This document shows positions 23,871 through 33,000 of a DNA stretch of 64,000 bases, piece by piece. This stretch comes from a bacterium (GTDB lineage Bacteria > Patescibacteriota > Minisyncoccia > Minisyncoccales > CG1-02-41-26). A program made the position numbers and the translations under genes. Positions within the stretch are counted from its first letter, which is position 1. Each line of letters starts with the position of its first letter. The stretch lies in NCBI GenBank assembly GCA_030616605.1, contig JAUWWY010000001.1, forward strand, positions 132,251-196,250, given 5' to 3'. Under the pieces are notes generated by a model. That model searched no databases. It was not told the origin of the DNA and was given only the letters and a program-made list of their open reading frames with translations.

Positions 23871-26206
23871 ATAATTTAGTTTTATATCGAAAACATCGTC
23901 CCAAGACATTTGCTGAAGTAGTTGGCCAAGAGCATGTGGTTCAAACCCTGACTAATGCCATTGCTTCGGGAAAATTTTCCCATGCCTATTTATTTACCGG
24001 ACCTCATGGCTGCGGAAAAACTACTATTGCCCGTCTTACAGCCAAAGCAGTAAACTGCCAGAAGAGAGAACAAGGGGATTTTGAACCCTGTAACCAATGC
24101 GATTCCTGTCAGGAAATTAATCAGGGAAATGCAATTGATTTAATTGAAATTGATGCTGCTTCCAACCGGGGAATTGATGAAATAAGGGATTTAAAAGAGG
24201 GGATAAGATTTGTTCCTGTTAAATCAAAATATAAGGTTTTTATTATTGATGAATGTCTTACTGGCGATCATTTTATCACCTTAAGTGATGGAAGGGTAAA
24301 AAACATTTCTGAAATAAAAAATGGAGAAAAAGTGGCATCTGTTGATGTAAAAACAGGGAACATTGTTTCTGGCGAGGTAAAAAATTGGTTCAAAAGAGAA
24401 ACTAATCAGATTATTGAAATAAAAACTCCCCAAGCTTTTCTTAGGTGTACTTCCACTCATCGACTCTGGATTATGAGAGATAATAAATTTTTACTAACCG
24501 AGGCTAAAGATATTAAAATTGAAGATTTCCTGTTAAGTCCTGTTTATTTACCTCATGTTCAGAAAAATAATCTTTCACCTAGTCAACTTGCTTTACTCGC
24601 TTTAATCCAGTGTGATGGCCATGTATCTAAGGACTCGATTACAGTACAAATAGAGATCCAAAAAGATAAAGATTATTTTAAAAAAGTTTTTGAAAAAGGT
24701 CTAAGAGCTTGGCAAATAAAGGAAAAATCAATAATCAAAGAAACGTCTCGAGGAACAAGATTAATTAGAGTTTATTCTAAAAAGTTAAAAGATACTTTAA
24801 TTAATTTAGGTTGTCCTCAGGGTAAAAAAGGTAAAAAAATTGATATTCCCGATGTTGTTTTCCAAGCCCCTCTCGAAAGCATCAAGGCTTACATTGATAC
24901 TTGTTTTTGTTGCGAGGGAAATATAGATTTTAATAGGTCTCTCAATCTTTATAGATTGAATTTTAATTCTACCTCTGAAATTTTTACTAAAAAACTTCAG
25001 CTCTTACTCAAAAAATTTGGTATTTCCAGTAGTTTTTTGAGAATTCCAAGAAAAAGAAGAAATAAAAATCATTCTACTCAATATCGTCTTTGTCTATCAC
25101 ATTATAATCTTAAAATTTTTCATAAAAAAATTGGGTTATCTTTACAACGAAAAGCTAAAATCTTATTAAAATGTTCATTAGAAAAGGAAAAACAAGATAC
25201 TATTCCAATCGAGAAGATAGTTGTCGAAAAGCAGAAAGAAATAAAATTACCATATTTGTTGCGGGCTTCACTTGGAATTTATCCGGATTTAAGACAGCAT
25301 TTATCAAGGAGAGCAGTAGTAAATTTTATGAAAGCAGGGAGTCTACCTGAATTAAATAAATATTTACAATTTCGATATGAGAAAGTTAAAAAAATTAAGA
25401 TTTTAAATCAGAAAGAAGAAGTGTACGATTTTACAGTAGGGAATACTCATACTTTCATTGCAAATGGAATTTGTTCTTCAAATTCACACCAGTTAACCAA
25501 GGAGGCAGCCAATGCCTTATTAAAAACCTTGGAAGAGCCGCCTTCCCATGCTATTTTCGTTTTAGCCACTACCGAAGCTTATAAAATGATTCCTACTATT
25601 ATCTCAAGATGCCAGAGATTTGATTTCCGAAAATTAACTATGCCAGAAATCATAGGGAGGTTGAAAACAATCTTAGAAAAAGAAGAAATAAAGTTTGAGC
25701 CAGAAGCTATAAATTTAATTTCTTTCTCAGCTAATGGCGCAATTAGAGATGCTGAAACCCTTTTGGACGAAGTTGTAAGTTTTTCAGGCAAAGAAAGATT
25801 TATTAAAAAAGACCTGGTAGAAAAACTTCTGGGAATAGCTGACAGAGAAATGATTTTTAAATTTTTAAACTTCCTCAACCAGAAAAAAGCAAAAGAATCA
25901 ATTGAATTTTTAAACGAAATTATCTACAAAGGGATTGACCTTCAGGAATTTACAAAATCTTTAATTCAATATCTGAGAGAGGCTTTACTTCTGAAAATTG
26001 ATTCCCAATTTGAAAATCCTTTGTTTTTAGGATTAACAAGCGAACAAAAAAATGAACTTAAATCTTTGGCTGAAAATTTCCCTGAATCAGAACTTAAAGA
26101 AATCCTTGAAAAATTTGTTGTTGTTGAAAACAAAATAAAATACGCTTCAATCCCTCAACTGCCCCTAGAACTGGCAATAGTTGAAATCTGCCAAGAAAAG
26201 AAGTAA
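23867..26206 (+). CDS. dnaX: DNA polymerase III subunit gamma/tau, interrupted by an intein
   Basis: HAYLFTGPHGCGKTT Walker A; VFIIDE then an insert, then SHQLTKEAANALLKTLEEPP and SRCQRF. ATGA overlap with the upstream gene. Confidence 0.9.
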   Translation: MNNLVLYRKHRPKTFAEVVGQEHVVQTLTNAIASGKFSHAYLFTGPHGCGKTTIARLTAKAVNCQKREQGDFEPCNQCDSCQEINQGNAIDLIEIDAASNRGIDEIRDLKEGIRFVPVKSKYKVFIIDECLTGDHFITLSDGRVKNISEIKNGEKVASVDVKTGNIVSGEVKNWFKRETNQIIEIKTPQAFLRCTSTHRLWIMRDNKFLLTEAKDIKIEDFLLSPVYLPHVQKNNLSPSQLALLALIQCDGHVSKDSITVQIEIQKDKDYFKKVFEKGLRAWQIKEKSIIKETSRGTRLIRVYSKKLKDTLINLGCPQGKKGKKIDIPDVVFQAPLESIKAYIDTCFCCEGNIDFNRSLNLYRLNFNSTSEIFTKKLQLLLKKFGISSSFLRIPRKRRNKNHSTQYRLCLSHYNLKIFHKKIGLSLQRKAKILLKCSLEKEKQDTIPIEKIVVEKQKEIKLPYLLRASLGIYPDLRQHLSRRAVVNFMKAGSLPELNKYLQFRYEKVKKIKILNQKEEVYDFTVGNTHTFIANGICSSNSHQLTKEAANALLKTLEEPPSHAIFVLATTEAYKMIPTIISRCQRFDFRKLTMPEIIGRLKTILEKEEIKFEPEAINLISFSANGAIRDAETLLDEVVSFSGKERFIKKDLVEKLLGIADREMIFKFLNFLNQKKAKESIEFLNEIIYKGIDLQEFTKSLIQYLREALLLKIDSQFENPLFLGLTSEQKNELKSLAENFPESELKEILEKFVVVENKIKYASIPQLPLELAIVEICQEKK
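24254..25483 (+). mobile_element. 410-aa intein with LAGLIDADG homing-endonuclease domain, in the DnaX Walker B/sensor region
   Basis: Starts with Cys1 (CLTGDH). Block B is TSTHRL. LAGLIDADG motifs are LLALIQCDGHV and AYIDTCFCCEGNIDF. Ends VGNTHTFIANGICSSN followed by Ser+1. Confidence 0.85.
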
Positions 26207-26219
26207 AATATAAAGTCAT

Positions 26220-26290
26220 TCCGGGGTCGTCTAACGGTAGGACATTAGGCCTTGGCCCTAAGAATCTTCGTTCGAATCGAAGCCCCGGAG
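26220..26290 (+). tRNA. tRNA-Gln (anticodon TTG), atypical C at position 33
   Basis: T1-A72 pair and G73. Acceptor TCCGGGG/CCCCGGA, anticodon arm TTAGG-CCTTGGC-CCTAA, T arm CTTCG-TTCGAAT-CGAAG, 71 nt. Confidence 0.75.
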
Positions 26291-26293
26291 CAT
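26279..26293 (+). repeat. direct repeat copy 1 (3' end of tRNA-Gln)
   Basis: GAAGCCCCGGAGCAT is identical to 27020-27034. Confidence 0.85.
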
Positions 26294-26304
26294 AATAAAG
26301 TAAT

Positions 26305-26991
26305 ATGGCTTCTGTTAAGGAAAACACAACAATAAGAGAGTATCAGAATTTTGTAAAACAAGTTTATGGTTTGCCTAATGATAGATATTTTACTTTGTGG
26401 GATATGGTTACTAATATGGAACGATTTATGATGAGAGGACTTAAAGGCATTAGAAAAGAAGATACTGAGAAAACGAAAATCAATTTACTGATTGCTTTTA
26501 GCTGGTTTATATCTATAACGAATCAGCTGCATGTAAATTTAGAGGAAGAGCTTTGGAATAGATTTCCCTTTCTCTGTTCTTATTGTGCTTCTTGTCCTTG
26601 TTTATGCAAAGAAAGCAAAATAGAGCATAGGAAAGAGGTTTCAATAGATAATATTAAAAGGCCAAAATTACTTGAAGAGTTTCAGAATATGTTTAATCAG
26701 ATATATCCGACCGAACAAAGAACTTTAGAACATGCGGGTATTCACTTAGCAGAAGAAGCTGGTGAGTTTTCAGAAGCGATATTGAGTTACCGCGGAGGCC
26801 GCAAAGATAAAGATTTTAAGGGAGTTGAATTAGAGATGGCTGATTTTTTTTCTTGCATAATGGGTGTTTTTAATTCATTAGGAACAAATGTTGCAAAAGA
26901 ACTCTCCATTATGTTTTCTGATAACTGTCATGTATGTAAAAACATTCCTTGTACTTGTAATTTCAAAGATATTACTGACTTCAAGTCTTAG
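26305..26991 (+). CDS. tandem MazG-like NTP pyrophosphohydrolase with Cys clusters
   Basis: EHAGIHLAEEAGEFSEA and ELEMADFFSCIMG helices, plus CSYCASCPC and CHVCKNIPCTC. Confidence 0.6.
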   Translation: MASVKENTTIREYQNFVKQVYGLPNDRYFTLWDMVTNMERFMMRGLKGIRKEDTEKTKINLLIAFSWFISITNQLHVNLEEELWNRFPFLCSYCASCPCLCKESKIEHRKEVSIDNIKRPKLLEEFQNMFNQIYPTEQRTLEHAGIHLAEEAGEFSEAILSYRGGRKDKDFKGVELEMADFFSCIMGVFNSLGTNVAKELSIMFSDNCHVCKNIPCTCNFKDITDFKS

Positions 26992-27019
26992 TTTCTGAAT
27001 ACACCCATCAAACAAATTT

Positions 27020-27034
27020 GAAGCCCCGGAGCAT
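27020..27034 (+). repeat. direct repeat copy 2 (duplicate of the tRNA-Gln 3' end)
   Basis: GAAGCCCCGGAGCAT, followed by TAT versus AAT in copy 1. Confidence 0.85.
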
Positions 27035-27104
27035 TATTGAGCACGGTTCAAGTGACCGAGGTAAAAATTAATAATTTAGCCAACTATATCGAAAATTAAT
27101 CATT

Positions 27105-28040
27105 ATGAACCAGGTTATTGAACTTTTTGGTTTTTTAATCATCACTTTTATAGGATTTGTCTTCCCTGTTTTTGGTATTTTGATTTCATTATTCCCCGAA
27201 GGTATAAAAAAGTTAACTTTGAAATATGAAAATGAGAAAAAACGGGCTGAAGAGAATATTAAATCAGAAATAGAAAAAAAGAAGGACAAAACCCTTAATG
27301 TAGGAATTTTAGAAAGAAATCTGCGCATTTTAAAGAAAAATAAAAAAACAGCCGGAGAAAAATTATCCTATTTAAATCCGAAGATAATATTACCTAAAAT
27401 TTTTATCTTCCTTTTGCTTTCATTAATTGGAGTAATGGTGGCTCTTTCAAGCGATGATATTCTTGTACGCTATCTCGCTTTTGTATTAAGTTTATTATTC
27501 TTTGGTTATACAATATATATTTTATGGAAACTACTGGGCGCCCTAACTGAACTCTCAGTAATTGTTAAGGAAGAAAAAACAAACTCAGATAAAACGATAA
27601 TTAGACTTCTTTCAGCTTCAGTAGAAAAAACTCCGGATGTGGTTTCTCCTTTTCTTAATGAAGGTAAAGTTTCGATTCTATTCAATAAGGAAAAGGTAGT
27701 TAACGATAAGAAGATTCCTTTTTCTGCTAATAAAAAATATCAATTGCCAATATCTATCGTTAATTCTGATGAAAGAATGGCAAAAAAAGTGGAGGTTGGC
27801 TTTATCTTTCCTCTCAGTTTCATGATTGAAGAAACATCAGATATCTCGTCAATTTACACCGGTGAGAACCATCAAATCGTGCGCTTTGAAGAAGAATTTA
27901 TACAATCTGATGAAACAAATCAGCAAGGAAACCTAAATATTACCTTCTTAAAAGTAGGACCTCATAACATTAGGGTGTTTATAAAAGGAGAAAATATAAA
28001 GGTCTCTAATTATTCTTTCACTATTGAGGTTATCGACTAA
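27105..28040 (+). CDS. hypothetical membrane protein (2+2 TM, coiled coil, C-terminal soluble domain)
   Basis: Hydrophobic segments near aa 5-30 and aa 95-140. KE-rich linker. Confidence 0.45.
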   Translation: MNQVIELFGFLIITFIGFVFPVFGILISLFPEGIKKLTLKYENEKKRAEENIKSEIEKKKDKTLNVGILERNLRILKKNKKTAGEKLSYLNPKIILPKIFIFLLLSLIGVMVALSSDDILVRYLAFVLSLLFFGYTIYILWKLLGALTELSVIVKEEKTNSDKTIIRLLSASVEKTPDVVSPFLNEGKVSILFNKEKVVNDKKIPFSANKKYQLPISIVNSDERMAKKVEVGFIFPLSFMIEETSDISSIYTGENHQIVRFEEEFIQSDETNQQGNLNITFLKVGPHNIRVFIKGENIKVSNYSFTIEVID

Positions 28041-28153
28041 AAGGTGTAGCTAAACTTGTTAGATATATTACCCGACCGAGACGCGTTAAATTATTCCTGA
28101 AGGTTCTAGACCGACTAGGGGAGCCAACAAAACTAAAAACCCCTGATTTATCA

Positions 28154-28447
28154 TCAAGGGTTTTTATGATCGAATCTTATTACCAATGTGGCAATAATAA
28201 CTGAAATTAGTATTGAAGGAATAACAATAAGGAAAAGAAAGAGCAAAGCTCTGAAATCAACAATCTCTTTTGTCAAAAGATGCAGATTTCCAGCTCCTAT
28301 ATTGATGTATCCCACATACTCTTTTGTTGGGTTGGAATGCTGATGAAAAAACCAGAAAAGATTAATGGCCAATAAGGTCAGCGGTAGAAAAACCCCTAAC
28401 AGCAGAGATGTTTTTTTCATTGTGAGTCTCCTTTTTGCAATTATCAC
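28154..28447 (-). CDS. small membrane protein
   Basis: 97 aa with two TM segments. The terminator hairpin AAAACCCCTGA..TCAAGGGTTTT overlaps its 3' end. Confidence 0.4.
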   Translation of the reverse strand: MIIAKRRLTMKKTSLLLGVFLPLTLLAINLFWFFHQHSNPTKEYVGYINIGAGNLHLLTKEIVDFRALLFLFLIVIPSILISVIIATLVIRFDHKNP

Positions 28448-28531
28448 TTTTTAATGAACTAATTTAATTTATCTTTCTTTTATCCTTTTGTCAATCAGGT
28501 TCGAATGTTGTTCAATATGGGGAGTTAAATA

Positions 28532-28560
28532 TTGACAATATCACAGAAATGTGATATTCT
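28532..28560 (+). promoter_or_regulatory. promoter with palindromic operator in the spacer
   Basis: TTGACA (28532-37)-N17-TATTCT (28555-60). ATATCACA-gaaa-TGTGATAT palindrome at 28538-28557. Confidence 0.6.
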
Positions 28561-28592
28561 TTATTTAGAAAGAAAGTAAAGGAGGTAGCAAC

Positions 28593-28775
28593 ATGTCCTT
28601 ATGTCCAGTTTGCGGAAGGGCTCTATGTGACCATACTCCTGAGGAACGTGGTCAAACGGACGAAGAAATGATGAGACCGCTCTCGGAAGAAGAAGAGGCT
28701 ACATGGAGGAATAATCCTTCTGACAGTCCGGTGAAAACAGCAGTAGCCCAGAAACACAAACACGATCCGGTATAA
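28593..28775 (+). CDS. small acidic protein with N-terminal CPVC..C.H knuckle
   Basis: Strong SD AAAGGAGG. GC-rich relative to its flanks. Has its own promoter and terminator. Confidence 0.5.
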   Translation: MSLCPVCGRALCDHTPEERGQTDEEMMRPLSEEEEATWRNNPSDSPVKTAVAQKHKHDPV

Positions 28776-28796
28776 TCTGTCGTAAGAGACAGAAAA

Positions 28797-28845
28797 AGTC
28801 CTGGCCAGCTCAATTTTTGAGTTTTGGCCAGGACTCTTTTATTTT
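28797..28845 (+). terminator. rho-independent terminator
   Basis: AGTCCTGGCCA...TGGCCAGGACT followed by CTTTTATTTT. Confidence 0.7.
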
Positions 28846-29012
28846 AGATCGTATACAAACTCTAATTTTTCCAATTCTTCCTCAATTCCTACCCAATCTA
28901 AGGTTCTGAACGCGTCCTGTAATGGAGCAGAGTAACAGAAACGGGGTCACAGAAACCCTGTTTTTTCCTTGAAATTTCTAAAAATTAGAGCTATCTTGGA
29001 AGTAGGTAATCT

Positions 29013-29690
29013 ATGAAAGAAAAAATTAAGAAAATGAGAACCTCAATAATCGCTATTGGTTTTAAACCAAATCCAAATCAAATCACAATAATTGGTAGCG
29101 GTTTTTGTGCGGGTAAAGATGGGAAAATTTTAAGCGCTGCGCATCTTTATAATCGACTTACTCCTGAACAAAAGGAAAATTTTTTTGGTATGGCAATGAC
29201 GAAGCAAGAGGAAAACGATTTAGAGCATTATACTTGGTTACCCCTAAAACTAGTAAAAATTAATGACAAAAACGATATATCTTTATTCCAATTAGAAGGA
29301 TACGACAAGACTCTTTTGAAACCGGTAGAGCTAGATGATTCTGAAAGATCTGAAATCGGAGATGAAGCATATTTTATTGGTTTTCCATATGCTGCTCAAC
29401 TTATGAATGATGGTTTCGGCATTACTCTTATAGTAAATAAAACTATTATAAGTAATATAAAAAGAGACGGTGTGGACCCAAATCATCCAAGAAATTGGTT
29501 TATAGTGGATGCTATTAGCAATCCTGGCAATAGTGGTTGCCCTCTTGTAAATTTGGAAACAAATAAAGTTGTTGGGATTATGACCATTTCTTTCAGGACA
29601 AAATCCAAGACTCAATCAAATCTTGATATTAGAGAACCAATGCATATTGCTGGTGCTAGGCCAATTAATTTAGCAAAAAATTTATTATAA
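29013..29690 (+). CDS. trypsin-like (chymotrypsin-fold) serine protease, no signal peptide
   Basis: Catalytic triad contexts SAAHLY, NDISLFQL and SNPGNSGCPLV. Confidence 0.75.
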   Translation: MKEKIKKMRTSIIAIGFKPNPNQITIIGSGFCAGKDGKILSAAHLYNRLTPEQKENFFGMAMTKQEENDLEHYTWLPLKLVKINDKNDISLFQLEGYDKTLLKPVELDDSERSEIGDEAYFIGFPYAAQLMNDGFGITLIVNKTIISNIKRDGVDPNHPRNWFIVDAISNPGNSGCPLVNLETNKVVGIMTISFRTKSKTQSNLDIREPMHIAGARPINLAKNLL

Positions 29691-29744
29691 GCTACACAGT
29701 ACTAAAATTCGTCCACTCTTGACAACAAATTGACATTATATAAG

Positions 29745-29829
29745 ATAGGTCTTATATAGGACATTATCGGACATTAGGTCTTGACCTTAGGACATTAAAT
29801 CTTGACCATAGGACATTAGGTCTTGACTA
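29745..29829 (+). repeat. iteron-like array of 21-bp direct repeats
   Basis: Units TAGGACATTA+GGTCTTGACCn start at 29767, 29788 and 29809, with half-units at 29746 and 29757. An AT-rich stretch follows at 29830-29870. Confidence 0.8.
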
Positions 29830-30097
29830 TAAGAATTTATAAACATTTATTAATATTAATTTTGACTTGAACTTTTTAAGAGATTAGGTTAATCTGAAAA
29901 TTGACAATAACTTGACTTCTTATACGAATGGATTAGGATAAAATAGAATGAAAGAAATGAAGCTCTTGACAACGAATTAATACTATGATAGACAGAAATA
30001 TAACCTTAAAAAAGTCGTTTTTTTAGTTATAAATTGGCAATTTAGTCGATTGCCAATAAAATTTAATAGTTTAAAACTATTTAATAGTTTAAAACAT

Positions 30098-33000
30098 ATG
30101 AACAAAACATATTTGTTTATTGGAAGTAAGTTCTTAAGAAGTTCTAAAAAAGGTTTTTTTGTTATTTTAACCACTGTATTATTTTTAAGTGGTTTTTTTG
30201 TTGCCAATTCCGCTTTGGCTTTAAATAGTATTACTGTTAATTCTCCTAATGAAGGAGAGTATTTGAGTGGGATACAAGATATAACTTGGACAGCTGATTG
30301 CGTAGAAGGGGATGCCGTTAATATTTATTATTCTACTGATGATTTTGTAAATCAGTCAGTAAAAATTGACGGAAACTTAACGTGTAGTGATGGTTCTTAT
30401 TCTTGGAATACTACAGGAGTAAATGATGGAGATTATAAAATTAGAGTCACAGATTCTAATGATCCGCATGTTTACGATACATCTGGATTTTTTACAGTTG
30501 ATAATACTTCTCCAGCTATCCAGACTACTACTCTCACATCCCCTAATGGTGATGAAAATTGGGCAGGTGATTCAAATCAGACAATTAGCTGGACAGCAGG
30601 TGATATAACTGACACTAATTTAGGCACAAATTCAATTGGTTTTTATTATACTACTGATGGGGATGTCTGGAATACTATTGCAGAAAATCAGACAAACAGC
30701 GGAAGTTATCCGTGGACAATCCCAACTATTAATTCAGCGACAGTTAAAGTAAAAATTGTAGTTACTGACTTAGCAAGTAATACAGCCAGCGATGAGAGTA
30801 ATGCAGTTTTTACCATTGATAGTATATATCCAACCGCCACTGTCATAGTATCAGTTGACTCAATCACTGATAGTAGCTTAGAGCAGACAATTACTGTTAC
30901 TTACAGTGAGTCAATGGATGTAAATACTGAGCCAATTATTACGATTACAGGCCTTGTTTCTTCATACAATGTAACTGGAGGGACTTGGAGTAAAATCACT
31001 AATGATAATGATACTTATACTGTAATTCAAGTCATTAATGACAATAATGAAGAAACCATAGCTACTGTCGAGGTTAGTGGAGCGGTTGATTTAGCCGGTA
31101 ATACTCAAGAACCAAATAACACCGAGACGTTTGAAGTTGATACTAAAAACCCGACTGTTGTTAGTGCGGTAGCCAGTCCAGACCCAGCCAAAGATGGCAC
31201 AGTAACAGTTACTATAACTTTTAGTGAAGAGATGGATACCAATACTTCTCCAATAATCCAAATTACTGGAATAACTGGTAGTCCAATAGTTAATCAAACA
31301 AGCTATGTGGATGATACTTGGACAGGAACATTTACTCTAGTAGATAATGACGAAGAAAAACCTGCCACAATTTCTGTAACAGGTGGAGTAGATTTAGTCG
31401 GTAATGTAATGGATGACAATCTGGCTGCAGGAACATTTGTGGTAGATACAATTGATCCCACTGTTTCCTTAATAAGCCAAAGTACTGCCTTAATCACTGA
31501 TACTACAAATAGTTTTATGGTTACGGTTGATTATAGTGAGGCGATGGATCAATCTTTAGCACCCACGGTTAGCTTCAGTTTAGATGTTTCATCCACTTTA
31601 ACATTAGCAAGCGGCTCATGGTCAGATTCAGATACTTATATAGCTACTTATGATGTAGTCGATGCAGATGTAGAGATGGATGATGTGGATATTTTCGTTA
31701 TGGGAGCGACAGACCCTGCTGGCAACGAACAAGAAGCTGGCAGTTTAATTGATGCTTTTGATATTGATACTAAAAATCCAACCGTAGAATTAACAGATGA
31801 TCAAATAGAAGATAATATAGTTAGAGATGCTGATACAGTAGTAATTACCGCTGTTTTTATTGAAGCAAACGAAATTAACGAAACTGTGGCACCTAAAATT
31901 ACTATTGGTACTGTTGTAACGGGTGCGATAATGACAGAAGTAGATGATACTAATTTACAATGGACTTATACTTGGGATGTACCAGCTGGTAATGATGGTA
32001 TCGCCGATGTTTCTATCACGGCTACTGATATGGCTGGTAATTCAAATGCAGCGGCTACGGGCGAAGTTTCTTACACTATTGATAATATCTCACCAATGGT
32101 TGAGTTAACTTATAATCCCAATAGGCCCGTAAGAGATGCCGACACAGTAGAAATTACAGCAACTTTTAACGAGCCAATGGCAAGCGCGCCAACAGTCGCT
32201 ATTGATACCACTGAAACAGATTTAGTCGCGACAGCAATGTCTGGCAATGGAACGGTGTGGACTTACCAACATGATGTTCCAACCGGAAGCGACGGAAATG
32301 CGACAGTAATGATTTCAGGTACAGATATAGCTGGCAACCCAAACGAAACGGCAACTAATAATACATTTATTATTGATAATATCGCACCAGTGATAACATT
32401 ATTAGGACAAGTTACAGTGGAAATTGAAACAGGAGAGGAATATACAGATGCCGGAGCAACGGTAGATGAAACAGTTGAAGTAACAACCAGTGGAAGTGTT
32501 AATAACAGCATAGTTGGAGAATATATACTTACTTATAATGCAGTTGATTTAGCGGGAAATACCGCAGAATCTAAGATAAGAACAGTTAATGTTGTTGCTC
32601 CAACTTTGATAAATATGACCGCGAGCGATGTCAGCCAAAAGCAGGATTTGGAGTTTATCGTTGAAATAAATTCCAAAGGAAATGTTCGCGACAGCCAAAA
32701 TGATCATTTAGTAAGATTTTACGGAGTGATTCCAGGATTAACCGCTAATGAAATAACTTTTTTGGGCAGTAATATTCCGGCAGTGGTAACCGATTCAACA
32801 GAACGCGGTTACGCGGGAGCTGACACAGATGATTTAGTTTTAGCTTGGGGACCAGAAGGTGGATTTCCAATCGGCGACGCTGAATCCGCTTATGAAAGCG
32901 AGGGCGGTTTATCAACAACCTTTAATGCCATGGTTAGCAAACAAGCAGATTACGCCATAAGTTTCAAAATGTACGACTTTACTAAAAACGCCGTTCCTGC

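Noticed and set aside
29745-29829. 21-bp repeat array as a CRISPR array
   Set aside because: The repeats are contiguous with no spacers, the unit is too short, and no cas genes are in the window.
26305-30097. Prophage or integrative element with recognisable machinery downstream of tRNA-Gln
   Set aside because: No integrase, excisionase, Rep, capsid or terminase motifs were found. Only an att-like repeat and iteron-like DNA are present, so these are reported as a scar and candidate sites rather than as a mobile element.
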